A stretch of DNA of 64,000 nucleotides from a virus. Lineage: Duplodnaviria; Caudoviricetes. The notes beneath the pieces were generated by a model. That model was not told the origin of the DNA, ran no database searches, and saw only the letters and a list, made by a program, of their open reading frames with translations. This document shows positions 1-9,383 of the stretch, one piece after another. A program made the position numbers and the translations under genes. The DNA is taken from positions 1-64,000 of the IMG/VR virus record IMGVR_UViG_3300032323_001428, one strand, 5' to 3'. Each line of letters opens with the position of its first letter. Position 1 is the stretch's first letter.

Positions 1-330
1 GAAACCCTGAATTGTTTTATTGACTGTATTAGTTACATTTGTTGTTATTTTGTTTATATCAAATTCCTTTACTCTTCTTTGATAATCAGCAGAGAAACCC
101 TGAATTGTTTTATTGACTGTATTGTTTACGTTATTGTTAATATTTGTAGATATTGTGCTTATAATATTATCTACTGCAGAAGGTGCTGGTTGAACTCCTG
201 CTCTTTGAAAACCTACAATTTTATTTGCAGCACCAAATACAGAACCACCTGAAATAAAGTTCTGTGCTGCTGCTTTATTTGTATTCTGTCTTCCTACTAT
301 TTTTTCTGGTTTAAGAACAGAACTAACCAT
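1..330 (-). CDS. N-terminal part of a probable baseplate/tail structural protein (runs off window)
   Basis: ATG at 330 overlaps the gp51 stop; open frame MVSSVLKPEKIVGRQ... with repeated TVNKTIQGF; manual translation. Confidence 0.6.
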   Translation of the reverse strand, partial: MVSSVLKPEKIVGRQNTNKAAAQNFISGGSVFGAANKIVGFQRAGVQPAPSAVDNIISTISTNINNNVNNTVNKTIQGFSADYQRRVKEFDINKITTNVTNTVNKTIQGF

Positions 331-502
331 TTTGTTGCTGCTGTTGTTTTAATTTTTCTTCTTCAATATGTTGCTGTAGAAGTGCTAAGTAAATATCCCT
401 TTCCCAAGGAATCATTGCTTCTATCTCAGTTAATGAATATTTATGGAACTGCATCAGTGCAAAATTGATTCTAAAATATGACTCTAGTTCCATATGAGCC
501 AT
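323..502 (-). CDS. gp51: baseplate hub assembly catalyst (T4 gp51-like), 59 aa, not in ORF track
   Basis: Manual translation MAHMELESYFRINFALMQFHKYSLTEIEAMIPWERDIYLALLQQHIEEEK; NFALMQ.HKYSLTEIE.M.PWER motif; follows gp26. Confidence 0.85.
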   Translation of the reverse strand: MAHMELESYFRINFALMQFHKYSLTEIEAMIPWERDIYLALLQQHIEEEKLKQQQQQNG

Positions 503-504
503 AC

Positions 505-1233
505 TTAGCCGAAAAAACTTGTCAGTCCTTCCAATACAACATCACTTTCCACTTTAGTTTTTGGGTTTGTGACTTTCACAGTATGAGAAAGTCTAGGCAT
601 CGTATCAAAGAACTTTTCAATTTCCTTGAATTGATTTGGGGTTAGAGTTTCAATCCAATCAGTCAATTCTTTTTTGGTAGAATCCGCAGCAGACCAACTT
701 TCCTCTGCGTTAAAAATAACATCAATACAAGAAGAGATTATATCAAAAGACCTTTCGATATTTGATGAACTTTGATTTGAACTAAAATCAAAATTAGTTT
801 TAATGAATTGGTCTAATGAAGGATACTTCATCTTCAAAACCAAATCAGTATCAAGTTGAATTTCTCTCTTATGTTCTGGGTCTTCTTCAACTTTAATTTG
901 GTCAATAAAAACAGTTACTGGAACTTGTGTTTCTCCATCATCACCACAAGTTATAATCAAGTCAAGACTTTCTCCAACTGACTTACCACGAACATTTAAG
1001 AAAATATACTCAATATCAAAAGTAGGTAGTTCTTCTACTTTAACACCTTTAGTTACAATACAATCTTTTAATACTTGCTTGATTGCATTTGTAATCTCTT
1101 TTGTGCTTTGACTTTCAAGAGCAAGAATCAATATTTTCTCTTCTTTGACTAGAAATGGTCTGTATTTAATTGTTTTTCCAGTTGATGGTAAAACCAATTC
1201 ATATTGTGGCGTTTTGATAGTCGGCAATCCCAT
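505..1233 (-). CDS. gp26: baseplate hub subunit
   Basis: LPTIKTPQYELVLPSTGKTIKYRPFLVKEEK, RGKSVGE, LEGLTSFF motifs of T4-like gp26. Confidence 0.9.
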   Translation of the reverse strand: MGLPTIKTPQYELVLPSTGKTIKYRPFLVKEEKILILALESQSTKEITNAIKQVLKDCIVTKGVKVEELPTFDIEYIFLNVRGKSVGESLDLIITCGDDGETQVPVTVFIDQIKVEEDPEHKREIQLDTDLVLKMKYPSLDQFIKTNFDFSSNQSSSNIERSFDIISSCIDVIFNAEESWSAADSTKKELTDWIETLTPNQFKEIEKFFDTMPRLSHTVKVTNPKTKVESDVVLEGLTSFFG

Positions 1234-1283
1234 TGTATAGCAATTATTAATGTTTTTATTATTTATTCAGTTATTAAATTTAT

Positions 1284-2042
1284 TTATTTACGCAAATTGC
1301 CGTAATTCTTCTCCATTACGTATCTTGTATATTGAAATGTAACTGTTGTTTTTACAATTTGACTTCCTTCATAAGTCAAAGGCATCGCAGTAATATTTGT
1401 TGGAAATGCTTCAAGCATTCTATAAGTTAAATGTGGTGGGAATCTTATATCATTTGGTTTTGAACTATCAAAATTTCTTTCAAATTTTGTAAGTGATATA
1501 ATTCTCCTATAATCATCTGGATATCTAAATCGAAAGAAATCTCTTTTGTCTTTTCCTAGATTATTACCTTGTCCTTTTTCATTTGCTGGTAATTCACCAG
1601 TACCACCATATAATGGATTGATAAAGTTCATCCATTCTTCAAAAAGACGAATTAAATTATATTCACTATCCACATAAAAAGTCATTGTGAATTCTGGGAA
1701 AATTCTTCTCGTTGGAAATCTTTCAATCGTTCCCTGACGACTTCCCATTTCTTCTGTTACGTCAAACTGTACTCCAGGAATAACTGCTTCCGCACAATAA
1801 AAATCATAAACATAATTTTTTGTTTGATTTCCAGTAATAACATTAGATTTGCGTAACCAACTCATCAATCCACTTCCACCAGCATCAACATTGGTTAAAT
1901 GCAATGATACTTTAAACTGACTAGTAAGAGATAAATTACCAAAAATATCTCTTGCCGAAGGCATCCCATTTGATGGACTACCTTCAGTCATCTTAAGGTA
2001 TAATGGTCCTATTTCTGGAGACCCACTTTTTGGAGTAGCCAT
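1284..2042 (-). CDS. tail-tube-fold baseplate protein (gp19/gp54-like)
   Basis: FTMTFYVD...FEEWMNFI, YPDDY, EAFPTNI...VTFQY motifs; baseplate context. Confidence 0.7.
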   Translation of the reverse strand: MATPKSGSPEIGPLYLKMTEGSPSNGMPSARDIFGNLSLTSQFKVSLHLTNVDAGGSGLMSWLRKSNVITGNQTKNYVYDFYCAEAVIPGVQFDVTEEMGSRQGTIERFPTRRIFPEFTMTFYVDSEYNLIRLFEEWMNFINPLYGGTGELPANEKGQGNNLGKDKRDFFRFRYPDDYRRIISLTKFERNFDSSKPNDIRFPPHLTYRMLEAFPTNITAMPLTYEGSQIVKTTVTFQYTRYVMEKNYGNLRK

Positions 2043-2043
2043 C

Positions 2044-2051
2044 TATAAATA
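2044..2051 (+). promoter_or_regulatory. T4-type late promoter TATAAATA
   Basis: Exact consensus 21 nt upstream of the gp4 ATG. Confidence 0.75.
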
Positions 2052-2072
2052 TCTTAAGTGTTTATACTATGT

Positions 2073-2540
2073 ATGCCTCGTAACGAAGATAGTAAATATA
2101 GACAGGGAAAATACAGACCACATAATCCACAAAAGTATGGTGGTGACCCATCAAATATTGTCTATAGGTCTTCTTATGAATTGAAGTTTATGCAATATTG
2201 TGATTTGACTGAAAGTGTGAATTCTTGGAAAAGTGAAGAGTTTTTTATTCCTTATCGTTCACCAATAGATAATAAGTATCATAGATACTTTCCTGACTTT
2301 TTTGTGAAGTATAAAGACAAGGACGGAAATACTAGAACTCTTGTTGTTGAAATCAAACCAGCAAAAGATTTAAAAATGCCCGAAACAAATCCCAAAAGAA
2401 GAACAAAGTCTTGGGCTTATTCAGTAAAAATGTGGGTAGTCAATCAAGCAAAGTGGGAAGCTTGCCGTGAATATTGTAAAGATAGAGGTTGGGAATTCAA
2501 GGTGTTCACCGAACGTGAGTTGGGGATAAACGTAAAATGA
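2073..2540 (+). CDS. gp4: head completion nuclease
   Basis: YRSSYE, W.SEE..IPY, RYFPDF, VEIKP, NQAKW motifs. Confidence 0.9.
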   Translation: MPRNEDSKYRQGKYRPHNPQKYGGDPSNIVYRSSYELKFMQYCDLTESVNSWKSEEFFIPYRSPIDNKYHRYFPDFFVKYKDKDGNTRTLVVEIKPAKDLKMPETNPKRRTKSWAYSVKMWVVNQAKWEACREYCKDRGWEFKVFTERELGINVK

Positions 2541-3034
2541 TTGCAGACGACATTAGAAAACAAGCAGGCAACAAATATCGTAGTAGTGATTGGTGGACCA
2601 ATTCACTAATGAATGAATTGAGAAATCAACAAAATAAAGATATTAACGAAGCAGATACTGGATTTATAAAACCAGGAGATTTGGTTTTCTTTTTATATTC
2701 CGCAAAGTATCCACAAAAATATGAATATTGGGACAAACACCCTTTATCTTATGTTTTAGACATTAGTTTTAATGAAGGTTGGTTTCTTGGAGCAAATCTT
2801 CATTACCTCAATCCACAATATCGTGGAGGTGTCGCACAATCCTTTCTAAATAAAGAAGGAGTTGTAAACGCACCCAAGAAAACTTTACACAAATACCTCT
2901 TCTCTGGGGTAATGACTGAATTCTTTAAAGTGCCTGAAAAAGAATGGAGAGAAGTATCGTTGCTTCCAACAGAGAAGTTTGTTGATAAAAGAGGTCAACC
3001 AGTATTTAAAACCAAAGTTTGGGACGCACCATAG
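2537..3034 (+). CDS. gp2: DNA end protector-like protein
   Basis: FLYSAK..YWDKHPL, GANLHYL, LHKYL, LPTEKF motifs; follows gp4. Confidence 0.7.
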   Translation: MIADDIRKQAGNKYRSSDWWTNSLMNELRNQQNKDINEADTGFIKPGDLVFFLYSAKYPQKYEYWDKHPLSYVLDISFNEGWFLGANLHYLNPQYRGGVAQSFLNKEGVVNAPKKTLHKYLFSGVMTEFFKVPEKEWREVSLLPTEKFVDKRGQPVFKTKVWDAP

Positions 3035-4540
3035 ATGGCTTATGAAGTATTAAAAGACGAATATTATACTTCTGGTTTAGGTCCTCTTGGTCCTAGTCCT
3101 CTTGGTATTAGATATGACCCAGTAACTGGAGATTATGAATTAAAAGCAAAAAGTGCGTTAGGATATGATATAGGAATTGGACTAGCAATATTCTATAAAA
3201 ATGGTAGTTACACAAGTGATGCAATACGAGACCCAAAATTGTTTGTAGATGGAGATCCAAACAAACCAACAGCATTGGCGCAACAACTCTCAGTGGATAT
3301 AAGGAAGAAGGTATACGCAGCATATCAAGTAAAAGGAGGTGTTGCTGGTAAAAATGTAGTTAATTCTTCCGCAACACCTGCAAATCAAAATAGCAAAGCA
3401 GGAGTAAACAATAGTTTTCCAGGAACAAATCCAGGAATAGCAACAGCAATACCAGGAACAGGTGCATTAGCAGCACCACCAGGACAAGGGAACTTTTTTG
3501 ATCCTGGATTTGCTGCTCTTGCTAATCTCAATTTTGATAGCAATAATGAAAAAGATATTTTCAAAAGTGGTCTTTTATTGTACCCAATTGATATTTTAAA
3601 AGAACAACAAGACACATTACAAATTACAATGTATCGTTATAAAGCACCATTAGAAGGAGTATTTAGTGGAAATGTAAATCCAGCAGATATTTTCAAACAA
3701 GGATTGCAAAGAAATAGTGCATTAAAAGAATCAATTGCAACTACTATTTTACCAATTCCTTCTGGTATTCAAGACAATAATGCTATAAGTTGGGGTGATG
3801 ATACAATGAATAATATGACGGCAGCAGTTACTGCCGGAATGATTAAGAATGTAGGACAACAGGCAGGAATTCAAGCAGCACTTTCATTATTAAATTCAAC
3901 GACAGGGGGAAGTTTACCAACAGGAGCAGCGAACCAACTTACTGCTTTAGGATTTGCTGGTGCAGACTTAAACAACCCTATGGTAAAAACTGCAATAACT
4001 TCATTATTATTAAAAAATGCTGGTTTTGAAGTTCCAGCAGAAACTATCTTAGCAAGAGGATTTGGAATTGTTCCAAACTCAAACCTTGAATTATTATTCC
4101 AAGGTCCAACACTTCGTTCATTTAGTTTCAGTTGGCGTATGAGCCCAAGAAGTGCTAAAGAAGCAACAAATGTAAAAAGAATTATTCGTATGTTTAAACA
4201 AGGCAGTGCTCCAAGAAAATTAAACTCACAGTCTGGTGCTGGTGCTGCTTCTCTTTTTCTTGGAACTCCAAATATCTTTAAACTTTCGTATAAAACAGCA
4301 GGAAGTAAAGAAATATCTGGATTAAATAAATTTAAGATATGTGCTCTTGTTAATATGAATGTGATTTATGCACCTGACGGTCAATGGGCTGCTTATGCTG
4401 AAGGACAACCAGTGTCTTTGCAGATGTCCTTAAACTTCCAAGAAATTGAACCAGTTTATGAAAGTGATTATCAAAATAAAATATTTGGTAATCTTGGTGA
4501 TAATTATAGTCTAGTCAAAGACGACGATGTAGGATACTAA
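3035..4540 (+). CDS. gp48: baseplate tail-tube cap
   Basis: LPIP..IQDNN..W, NLELLFQGPTLRSFSF, PRSAKEA, L.FQEIEP motifs. Confidence 0.85.
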   Translation: MAYEVLKDEYYTSGLGPLGPSPLGIRYDPVTGDYELKAKSALGYDIGIGLAIFYKNGSYTSDAIRDPKLFVDGDPNKPTALAQQLSVDIRKKVYAAYQVKGGVAGKNVVNSSATPANQNSKAGVNNSFPGTNPGIATAIPGTGALAAPPGQGNFFDPGFAALANLNFDSNNEKDIFKSGLLLYPIDILKEQQDTLQITMYRYKAPLEGVFSGNVNPADIFKQGLQRNSALKESIATTILPIPSGIQDNNAISWGDDTMNNMTAAVTAGMIKNVGQQAGIQAALSLLNSTTGGSLPTGAANQLTALGFAGADLNNPMVKTAITSLLLKNAGFEVPAETILARGFGIVPNSNLELLFQGPTLRSFSFSWRMSPRSAKEATNVKRIIRMFKQGSAPRKLNSQSGAGAASLFLGTPNIFKLSYKTAGSKEISGLNKFKICALVNMNVIYAPDGQWAAYAEGQPVSLQMSLNFQEIEPVYESDYQNKIFGNLGDNYSLVKDDDVGY

Positions 4541-4541
4541 A

Positions 4542-5375
4542 ATGTCGTATTTCAGAGAACTTCCAAATTTCGAGTATATTGCGAATTTTCCTAATCAGTC
4601 ATTCAACACTGATTATGTTTTAACTAAAAATATATTCAAAAGAGCAAAACTACGTAGTGATATTGCAAATGCAATAACTGCTTTTGAATATTATCAAATT
4701 GTTGATAATGAAAGACCAGACCAAGTTGCTGCAAAAGTTTATGATAACGCAGAACTTGATTGGGTGATTTTAATAACCAATAATATTACAAATATCAATC
4801 AACAATGGCCGTTAGATAATAATAGTTTTTATAAGTATCTCATTGATAAGTATGGAAGTGAAGAAGAACTTGGAAAAACACATCACTGGGAAACTGTTGA
4901 ATTTAGAGACGAATATGGACGTGTTGTAGTTCCTGGTGGTTATCAAGTTGACCCAGCAAAACAAATAACAGTTGCAACTGGTCCAGGACAATTTAATAGT
5001 TATAATTTAGGTGAATTTCCAAAAGAAGATACAGATGTTATTACAATCAATTTAAATCAATATCTTCCTGTTTATAATGGTACGACAGAAACCACACAGG
5101 CAATTATAAAAGATATTGGATATAATTTATCTTCACTAAAAATTAGTGGAAGACAAAATAAAATTGATATTAGTATCACAAATAGTTTAGATACTTGGCC
5201 TGCCAGTTGGGGAGGAAAAACCTCAGTAAAAGGAAGAACTGAAAATACTACCATTCAAGTTCTTGATATTGCATTTGAAAATGATATAGTTCTCAATCCA
5301 TTATTATATGAAATTGTAGGTGAAGAGGTGAATGGTGAAATTATTCCAATATTTAAATTCAAACAACAATTCTAA
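4542..5375 (+). CDS. gp53: baseplate wedge subunit gp53, N-terminal part with non-canonical extension
   Basis: MSYFRELPN, KNIFKR, ERPDQVA...Y...LDWVILITNNI, QWPL, HHWET motifs. Confidence 0.85.
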   Translation: MSYFRELPNFEYIANFPNQSFNTDYVLTKNIFKRAKLRSDIANAITAFEYYQIVDNERPDQVAAKVYDNAELDWVILITNNITNINQQWPLDNNSFYKYLIDKYGSEEELGKTHHWETVEFRDEYGRVVVPGGYQVDPAKQITVATGPGQFNSYNLGEFPKEDTDVITINLNQYLPVYNGTTETTQAIIKDIGYNLSSLKISGRQNKIDISITNSLDTWPASWGGKTSVKGRTENTTIQVLDIAFENDIVLNPLLYEIVGEEVNGEIIPIFKFKQQF

Positions 5376-5391
5376 ATAAAATAAAAATCTT

Positions 5392-5688
5392 ATGTCCTTT
5401 CTACCTCCCATAGATGATGTAAAAATAAAAGTATCAAGAAACGTTGAAGCAATTTCTATCACCAATACAAATGCGTCTAAAATTACAACTACATCCATCA
5501 AAGAAGTAAGTAATTATGAATATGAAGTTTTAGAAAATGAAAAGAAAAGAAAACTCTTAATTCTAAAACCAGAATACTTAGCAGTCTTTATAGGTGATAT
5601 GAAGAATATTATGAAGTATGCGGAATCTTCACAATATGTAAATCAAAATACTAAACGTGGTTATAATCCAAAAATTACTGGGGTATGA
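5392..5688 (+). CDS. gp53 C-terminal-like fragment encoded as a separate ORF
   Basis: VSNYEYE..ENEKKR...LKPEYL..F..DM..IM.Y..SSQY matches the usual cyanophage gp53 C-terminus. Confidence 0.7.
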   Translation: MSFLPPIDDVKIKVSRNVEAISITNTNASKITTTSIKEVSNYEYEVLENEKKRKLLILKPEYLAVFIGDMKNIMKYAESSQYVNQNTKRGYNPKITGV

Positions 5689-5699
5689 ACCCTATAGAC

Positions 5700-5734
5700 A
5701 AAAAAATACCCCCGATTTTTTTCGGGGGTAAAAT
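5700..5734. terminator. bidirectional intrinsic terminator between convergent genes
   Basis: TACCCCCGA-loop-TCGGGGGTA hairpin flanked by A tracts. Confidence 0.7.
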
Positions 5735-5757
5735 GGATTTAAAAAGTGATTTTGAAA

Positions 5758-6420
5758 TCAGGACTCATCTAGAAGAATTCCATATTTTTGTATGTGGTAT
5801 CTAGATTTTTTAGTTTCATCTACAGCAGTTTTGATGCAATCATAAACAATATTATTATATTTTATTCTTTTTGCTCTTGGATTTTTCCCACCAGATATAT
5901 TAACATCCACAATACCTTTATTCCAAGGAACTCTCCCTTGTGTTGCTTCACTTATTTTTAGTTTAGTTTCTTTGGAATGATTTTTACCTTTTCTATTCAT
6001 TTTTGGTTTATTTTTTATTTCCTTTGCTAATTGATTTTTCCTTTCAAAAGAATTTCTAGGAATACCTTTATTGGACTCGCCTATTCTTTTTTTGTGAACT
6101 TCTGTTAAAGATTTACCCAATCTTCCTTTTTTCCTATTGTGTATGTCTATATCATTCATAACTTTAGCAGAACATCCTTTACCTCCACTAGTTTTATTAT
6201 GAAGTATTCCTGTTCCCAAATCTTTTCTTCCAAATACAGAAATCATATAGACCTCGTGCCTAAATGCTTCATCTTCTATTAGATTTTGTTTTAGTAACAA
6301 TATTCTGTCTTTTGGTGGTGGATAAAATCCATTATGTTTTTGGTGTGCTCTTCTCCCTTTACCTTTTCCAATATAATATGGTGTTCCATCTTCACGCAAA
6401 TATGCGTAAGTATAATACAT
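5758..6420 (-). CDS. free-standing GIY-YIG-like homing endonuclease with NUMOD3-type repeats
   Basis: [20 protein letters not shown]-terminus, L.N.T.GG.G, HSKETKLKISE, PWNKG. Confidence 0.8.
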   Translation of the reverse strand: MYYTYAYLREDGTPYYIGKGKGRRAHQKHNGFYPPPKDRILLLKQNLIEDEAFRHEVYMISVFGRKDLGTGILHNKTSGGKGCSAKVMNDIDIHNRKKGRLGKSLTEVHKKRIGESNKGIPRNSFERKNQLAKEIKNKPKMNRKGKNHSKETKLKISEATQGRVPWNKGIVDVNISGGKNPRAKRIKYNNIVYDCIKTAVDETKKSRYHIQKYGILLDES

Positions 6421-6520
6421 TTCTGCTCTTTAGTTACTGCATTAGTATTTATACAAGAAAAGGAGCAAAAATGCTCCTCTTCCCACCTTTAGAGATTGCA
6501 GTAACTTAAGGCATCACTAT

Positions 6521-7417
6521 TTATTCTGCTGCTAAACGCGCAAAATATGCAAGTGTATCATCATCCTCGTCATCACTAGAAGCAGAAGGACGAACTGAAA
6601 CAGATTCCTTTACAGGACGTGAAACTTCATCTTCTTCCTCTTCACCAATCGTCTCGGGGTCTTGGTACTTAGGAGTTCCTTTAATACCAAGTGTATAATC
6701 AAGACGTTTCTTCAAATCTTCATAAGACTTGAACTCACTTGGAGAAACAAAATCATTCAAGTTGTTGAGTGATTTATAGATTGTTTCCAGTTCATCATCA
6801 TCTTCAAGAAGAGCAGAAGATGGTGCAAACTCCGACTTATCGTAGTTCCAATAACCATCTTTCTTTACCAACTTCAATTTGAAATTAGCACCCTTCCAGA
6901 AATCAAAAGGATTGATTGGTTCTTCATCATCAAACTCTGGTTGCATAGAAGCCATAATCTTATCAAAGATTTTCTTACCAAACTTATAAAGGAACACTCG
7001 TCCTTCATTCGCAGGGTTCACAGGGTCTTTTACAACATAAATGTTTGCGAAATAAGAAAGCTTACGCTTACGATCACGAACAATGTTTTGATTATCCTTA
7101 CTACCAGTATTCCAAAGTTCACGGTTTGCTTCACATACAGGACAGTTTTGTCCCAAAGTAGTGAGGCAATTATCAATCAACCAACCACCAGTTCCTTGAA
7201 ATGCATGAGACCAAACCTGTGCCCAAGGTAGATCACAACCTTCGGGAGCAGGAAGAAAACGGATTACAGCAGAACCAGTTCCACCCTTATCCATTACAGG
7301 TTTCCAAAAACGATCATCATCTTTGGAACCACCGTCGTTGAGTTTCTCAACTTGTTTGATGAGTTTCTCGGTCAAAGAACCCATCTTGGATTGCTTTTTA
7401 AGATCAGCAAAAGACAT
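6521..7417 (-). CDS. gp32: single-stranded DNA-binding protein
   Basis: MSFADLKK, DDRFWK, AVIRFLP, KFGKKIFDKI, GANFKLK, NYDKSEF, acidic tail. Confidence 0.95.
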   Translation of the reverse strand: MSFADLKKQSKMGSLTEKLIKQVEKLNDGGSKDDDRFWKPVMDKGGTGSAVIRFLPAPEGCDLPWAQVWSHAFQGTGGWLIDNCLTTLGQNCPVCEANRELWNTGSKDNQNIVRDRKRKLSYFANIYVVKDPVNPANEGRVFLYKFGKKIFDKIMASMQPEFDDEEPINPFDFWKGANFKLKLVKKDGYWNYDKSEFAPSSALLEDDDELETIYKSLNNLNDFVSPSEFKSYEDLKKRLDYTLGIKGTPKYQDPETIGEEEEDEVSRPVKESVSVRPSASSDDEDDDTLAYFARLAAE

Positions 7418-7461
7418 TTGTATTCTCCGTATTAGTAGTATTGAGAGTATTGTACATATTA

Positions 7462-7490
7462 AGTATAGCAGGTATAAGGTCAGTCGTCAA
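7462..7490 (-). promoter_or_regulatory. sigma70-type promoter upstream of gp32
   Basis: TTGACG-N17-TATACT. Confidence 0.6.
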
Positions 7491-7812
7491 GGGAATTTTC
7501 AAGTTTTTCAATAGACTCTTCCATCTTCGCAAAAAACGTATTGATATCATCTCCTGGTTCTAATCCAAATAATAAAGCAGAATCAAGAATTCGATTTCTC
7601 ATTTCTATTGCTTCTGGGTCATCAGATAGAGACATTCTAAAAATAAAAACTTTTTGTTTTTCCAAAAATTGTTTCATCGTTTCTAGATGTTCCCTTTTTT
7701 TATCTTTATCAGAAAAAGGAATTTCCATCAATTCACTAAAAAGTTTATGTTGTAGTTCATCAAGTTCAAACAAAGATTCTCTGACTTGTTCTGAATCAAA
7801 AAATCCACTCAT
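7480..7812 (-). CDS. conserved cyanophage hypothetical protein (DUF1825-like)
   Basis: FFDSEQV, LEKQK.F..RMSLSDDPEA motif; located between gp59 and gp32. Confidence 0.7.
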   Translation of the reverse strand: MSGFFDSEQVRESLFELDELQHKLFSELMEIPFSDKDKKREHLETMKQFLEKQKVFIFRMSLSDDPEAIEMRNRILDSALLFGLEPGDDINTFFAKMEESIEKLENSLDD

Positions 7813-8399
7813 AAAACAATCTCCTTGAGAATTTCTTTATACTTTGCTACATCAATATTTAGGAATGGTTCATACTTTCGAATTCTTAGACTGACGGTTT
7901 CCCACACTGGGTCTGTTAGTTTCTTATCAAACTTTTCAACATAACCCAATATCATATCCAATATCACCATTGTTTCCAAACTAATTGCTTTTTGAAAATA
8001 CTTTTTGAGAATCTCTGGGTGCTGATTGTTTTTGATCTCAAATAATTCTACAAAACTATCTTTGTGTATAAAGACTTCTGCTTCTGTTTTGAATAAGTAA
8101 AAAAGACTTTGAGATTTCTTCAACCAGTTTGTATAAATTTGTTCTCCATTTTCGATGATTTCACCAATCCATAACGATTGAGTATCATTACATTCAGCAA
8201 AGTTTGCTACAAAATATGCTTTGATTTCATCATCATTCTTCTGTCTAGAAGTTCGTTCAAAGAAATACCTATCCTTCCTCTTATGAAAAGAGTCCAGAGA
8301 TGCTCTGGACTTTCCACAATATTTAAAGTAATCGTAATTTTCTTTTGTGAAATGATTTTTGAATGCTAAGTAAGTTTTATATACATCAAAAGGTGTCAC
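7809..8399 (-). CDS. gp59: helicase loader
   Basis: YLAFKNHFT..YDYFKY.GK, F.KRKDRYFFE, ISLET, KYEPFL. Confidence 0.85.
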   Translation of the reverse strand: MTPFDVYKTYLAFKNHFTKENYDYFKYCGKSRASLDSFHKRKDRYFFERTSRQKNDDEIKAYFVANFAECNDTQSLWIGEIIENGEQIYTNWLKKSQSLFYLFKTEAEVFIHKDSFVELFEIKNNQHPEILKKYFQKAISLETMVILDMILGYVEKFDKKLTDPVWETVSLRIRKYEPFLNIDVAKYKEILKEIVL

Positions 8400-8650
8400 A
8401 ATGGCAATTTAGCACGAGTAGTTTTTTTCAAAAAATTCAATTCCGTAGCATCATTTTTAAGTTTCTCTTTCAATGGTTTAGAAACTAATTTAGATATAGT
8501 ATCAATTTCAATACTATTTTCTTCACAATACGTGACGATTGCATCGATATAATTGATTTTAGATTCTTTGACAATATTCTCTATATCCTGAGCAAACTTT
8601 TGAGGACATAAAAATTTGCTGTCTAATTCTTCCTTTAGTTTATCATTCAT
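8396..8650 (-). CDS. gp33: late-promoter transcription accessory protein
   Basis: YIDAIV.YCEEN.IE....KL.SKPLKEKL..DA..LNFLK; start moved to MNDKLKEE. Confidence 0.85.
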   Translation of the reverse strand: MNDKLKEELDSKFLCPQKFAQDIENIVKESKINYIDAIVTYCEENSIEIDTISKLVSKPLKEKLKNDATELNFLKKTTRAKLPL

Positions 8651-9383
8651 ATTGCTGAAGTTTATCTCTAACAAATTCTCTAATATATTCGGTGAGTAAC
8701 TTGATGTACTTTCCTTTGTCATATTCTTCATAAATTTCACATTCTCCGTTTTCACAAGCCATTATAATTACAAACTTCTTTACCATTATACCAGTCATCT
8801 CGTATAACATGCAAGCATAAGCAGCACATTGAACGAAATAATGCTCAATCCAATCTCTTGGTTTTGGTTTCTTTGAAGTCTTGAAGTCAATAACTGCCAA
8901 TTCACCATCGTATTCTGCAATACAATCAACAGTTCCCGCAATACCTAAAACTTTGCTATACAAAGAGTTTTCAAGTGCGTGAATATTATTTATCTTATTC
9001 AAATAAGGTTTCGCAATTCCAAATAACATTTGCGAAATTGGAAGAACTTCAGAATTAAATTCTTCATTCTTCAAATACATTTCAGCAAGTGTGTGCATAT
9101 CAGTCCCACGACTGGTTGCTTGCTTTGTGATTTTGTTTGCCTTTTCTTCTCCTACTTTCTTTCTCCAATCAGCAAAGAACTGACGGTTCTTATGACTGGT
9201 TACAGAAGTGATGGAGACAAGTTTAATTAACTCATCCTCATTGGGAACCTTATAATATCTTACACCATCAATAGTCTCCCTCTCCAATTGAGGGAGATTC
9301 AAATTTACATAATTAAATCTTTCTATTTTCTTTTGCTTTGAACCATATAGTTCATTATATTTTTCAATTAAAGGGTTAGTCAT
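8643..9383 (-). CDS. PD-(D/E)XK exonuclease
   Basis: SITSV, RGT.MH, AGTVDCIAEY, IDFKTS, YFVQ..AYA. Confidence 0.85.
   Translation of the reverse strand: MTNPLIEKYNELYGSKQKKIERFNYVNLNLPQLERETIDGVRYYKVPNEDELIKLVSITSVTSHKNRQFFADWRKKVGEEKANKITKQATSRGTDMHTLAEMYLKNEEFNSEVLPISQMLFGIAKPYLNKINNIHALENSLYSKVLGIAGTVDCIAEYDGELAVIDFKTSKKPKPRDWIEHYFVQCAAYACMLYEMTGIMVKKFVIIMACENGECEIYEEYDKGKYIKLLTEYIREFVRDKLQQYE

Noticed and set aside
2073-2540. TnsA-like fold suggesting a transposon
   Set aside because: Sequence and synteny match head completion protein gp4; no transposase or terminal repeats are seen.
8643-9383. Cas4-like nuclease as evidence of a CRISPR system
   Set aside because: No repeat-spacer array or other cas gene is seen; this exonuclease is a standard neighbour of phoH and gp33.
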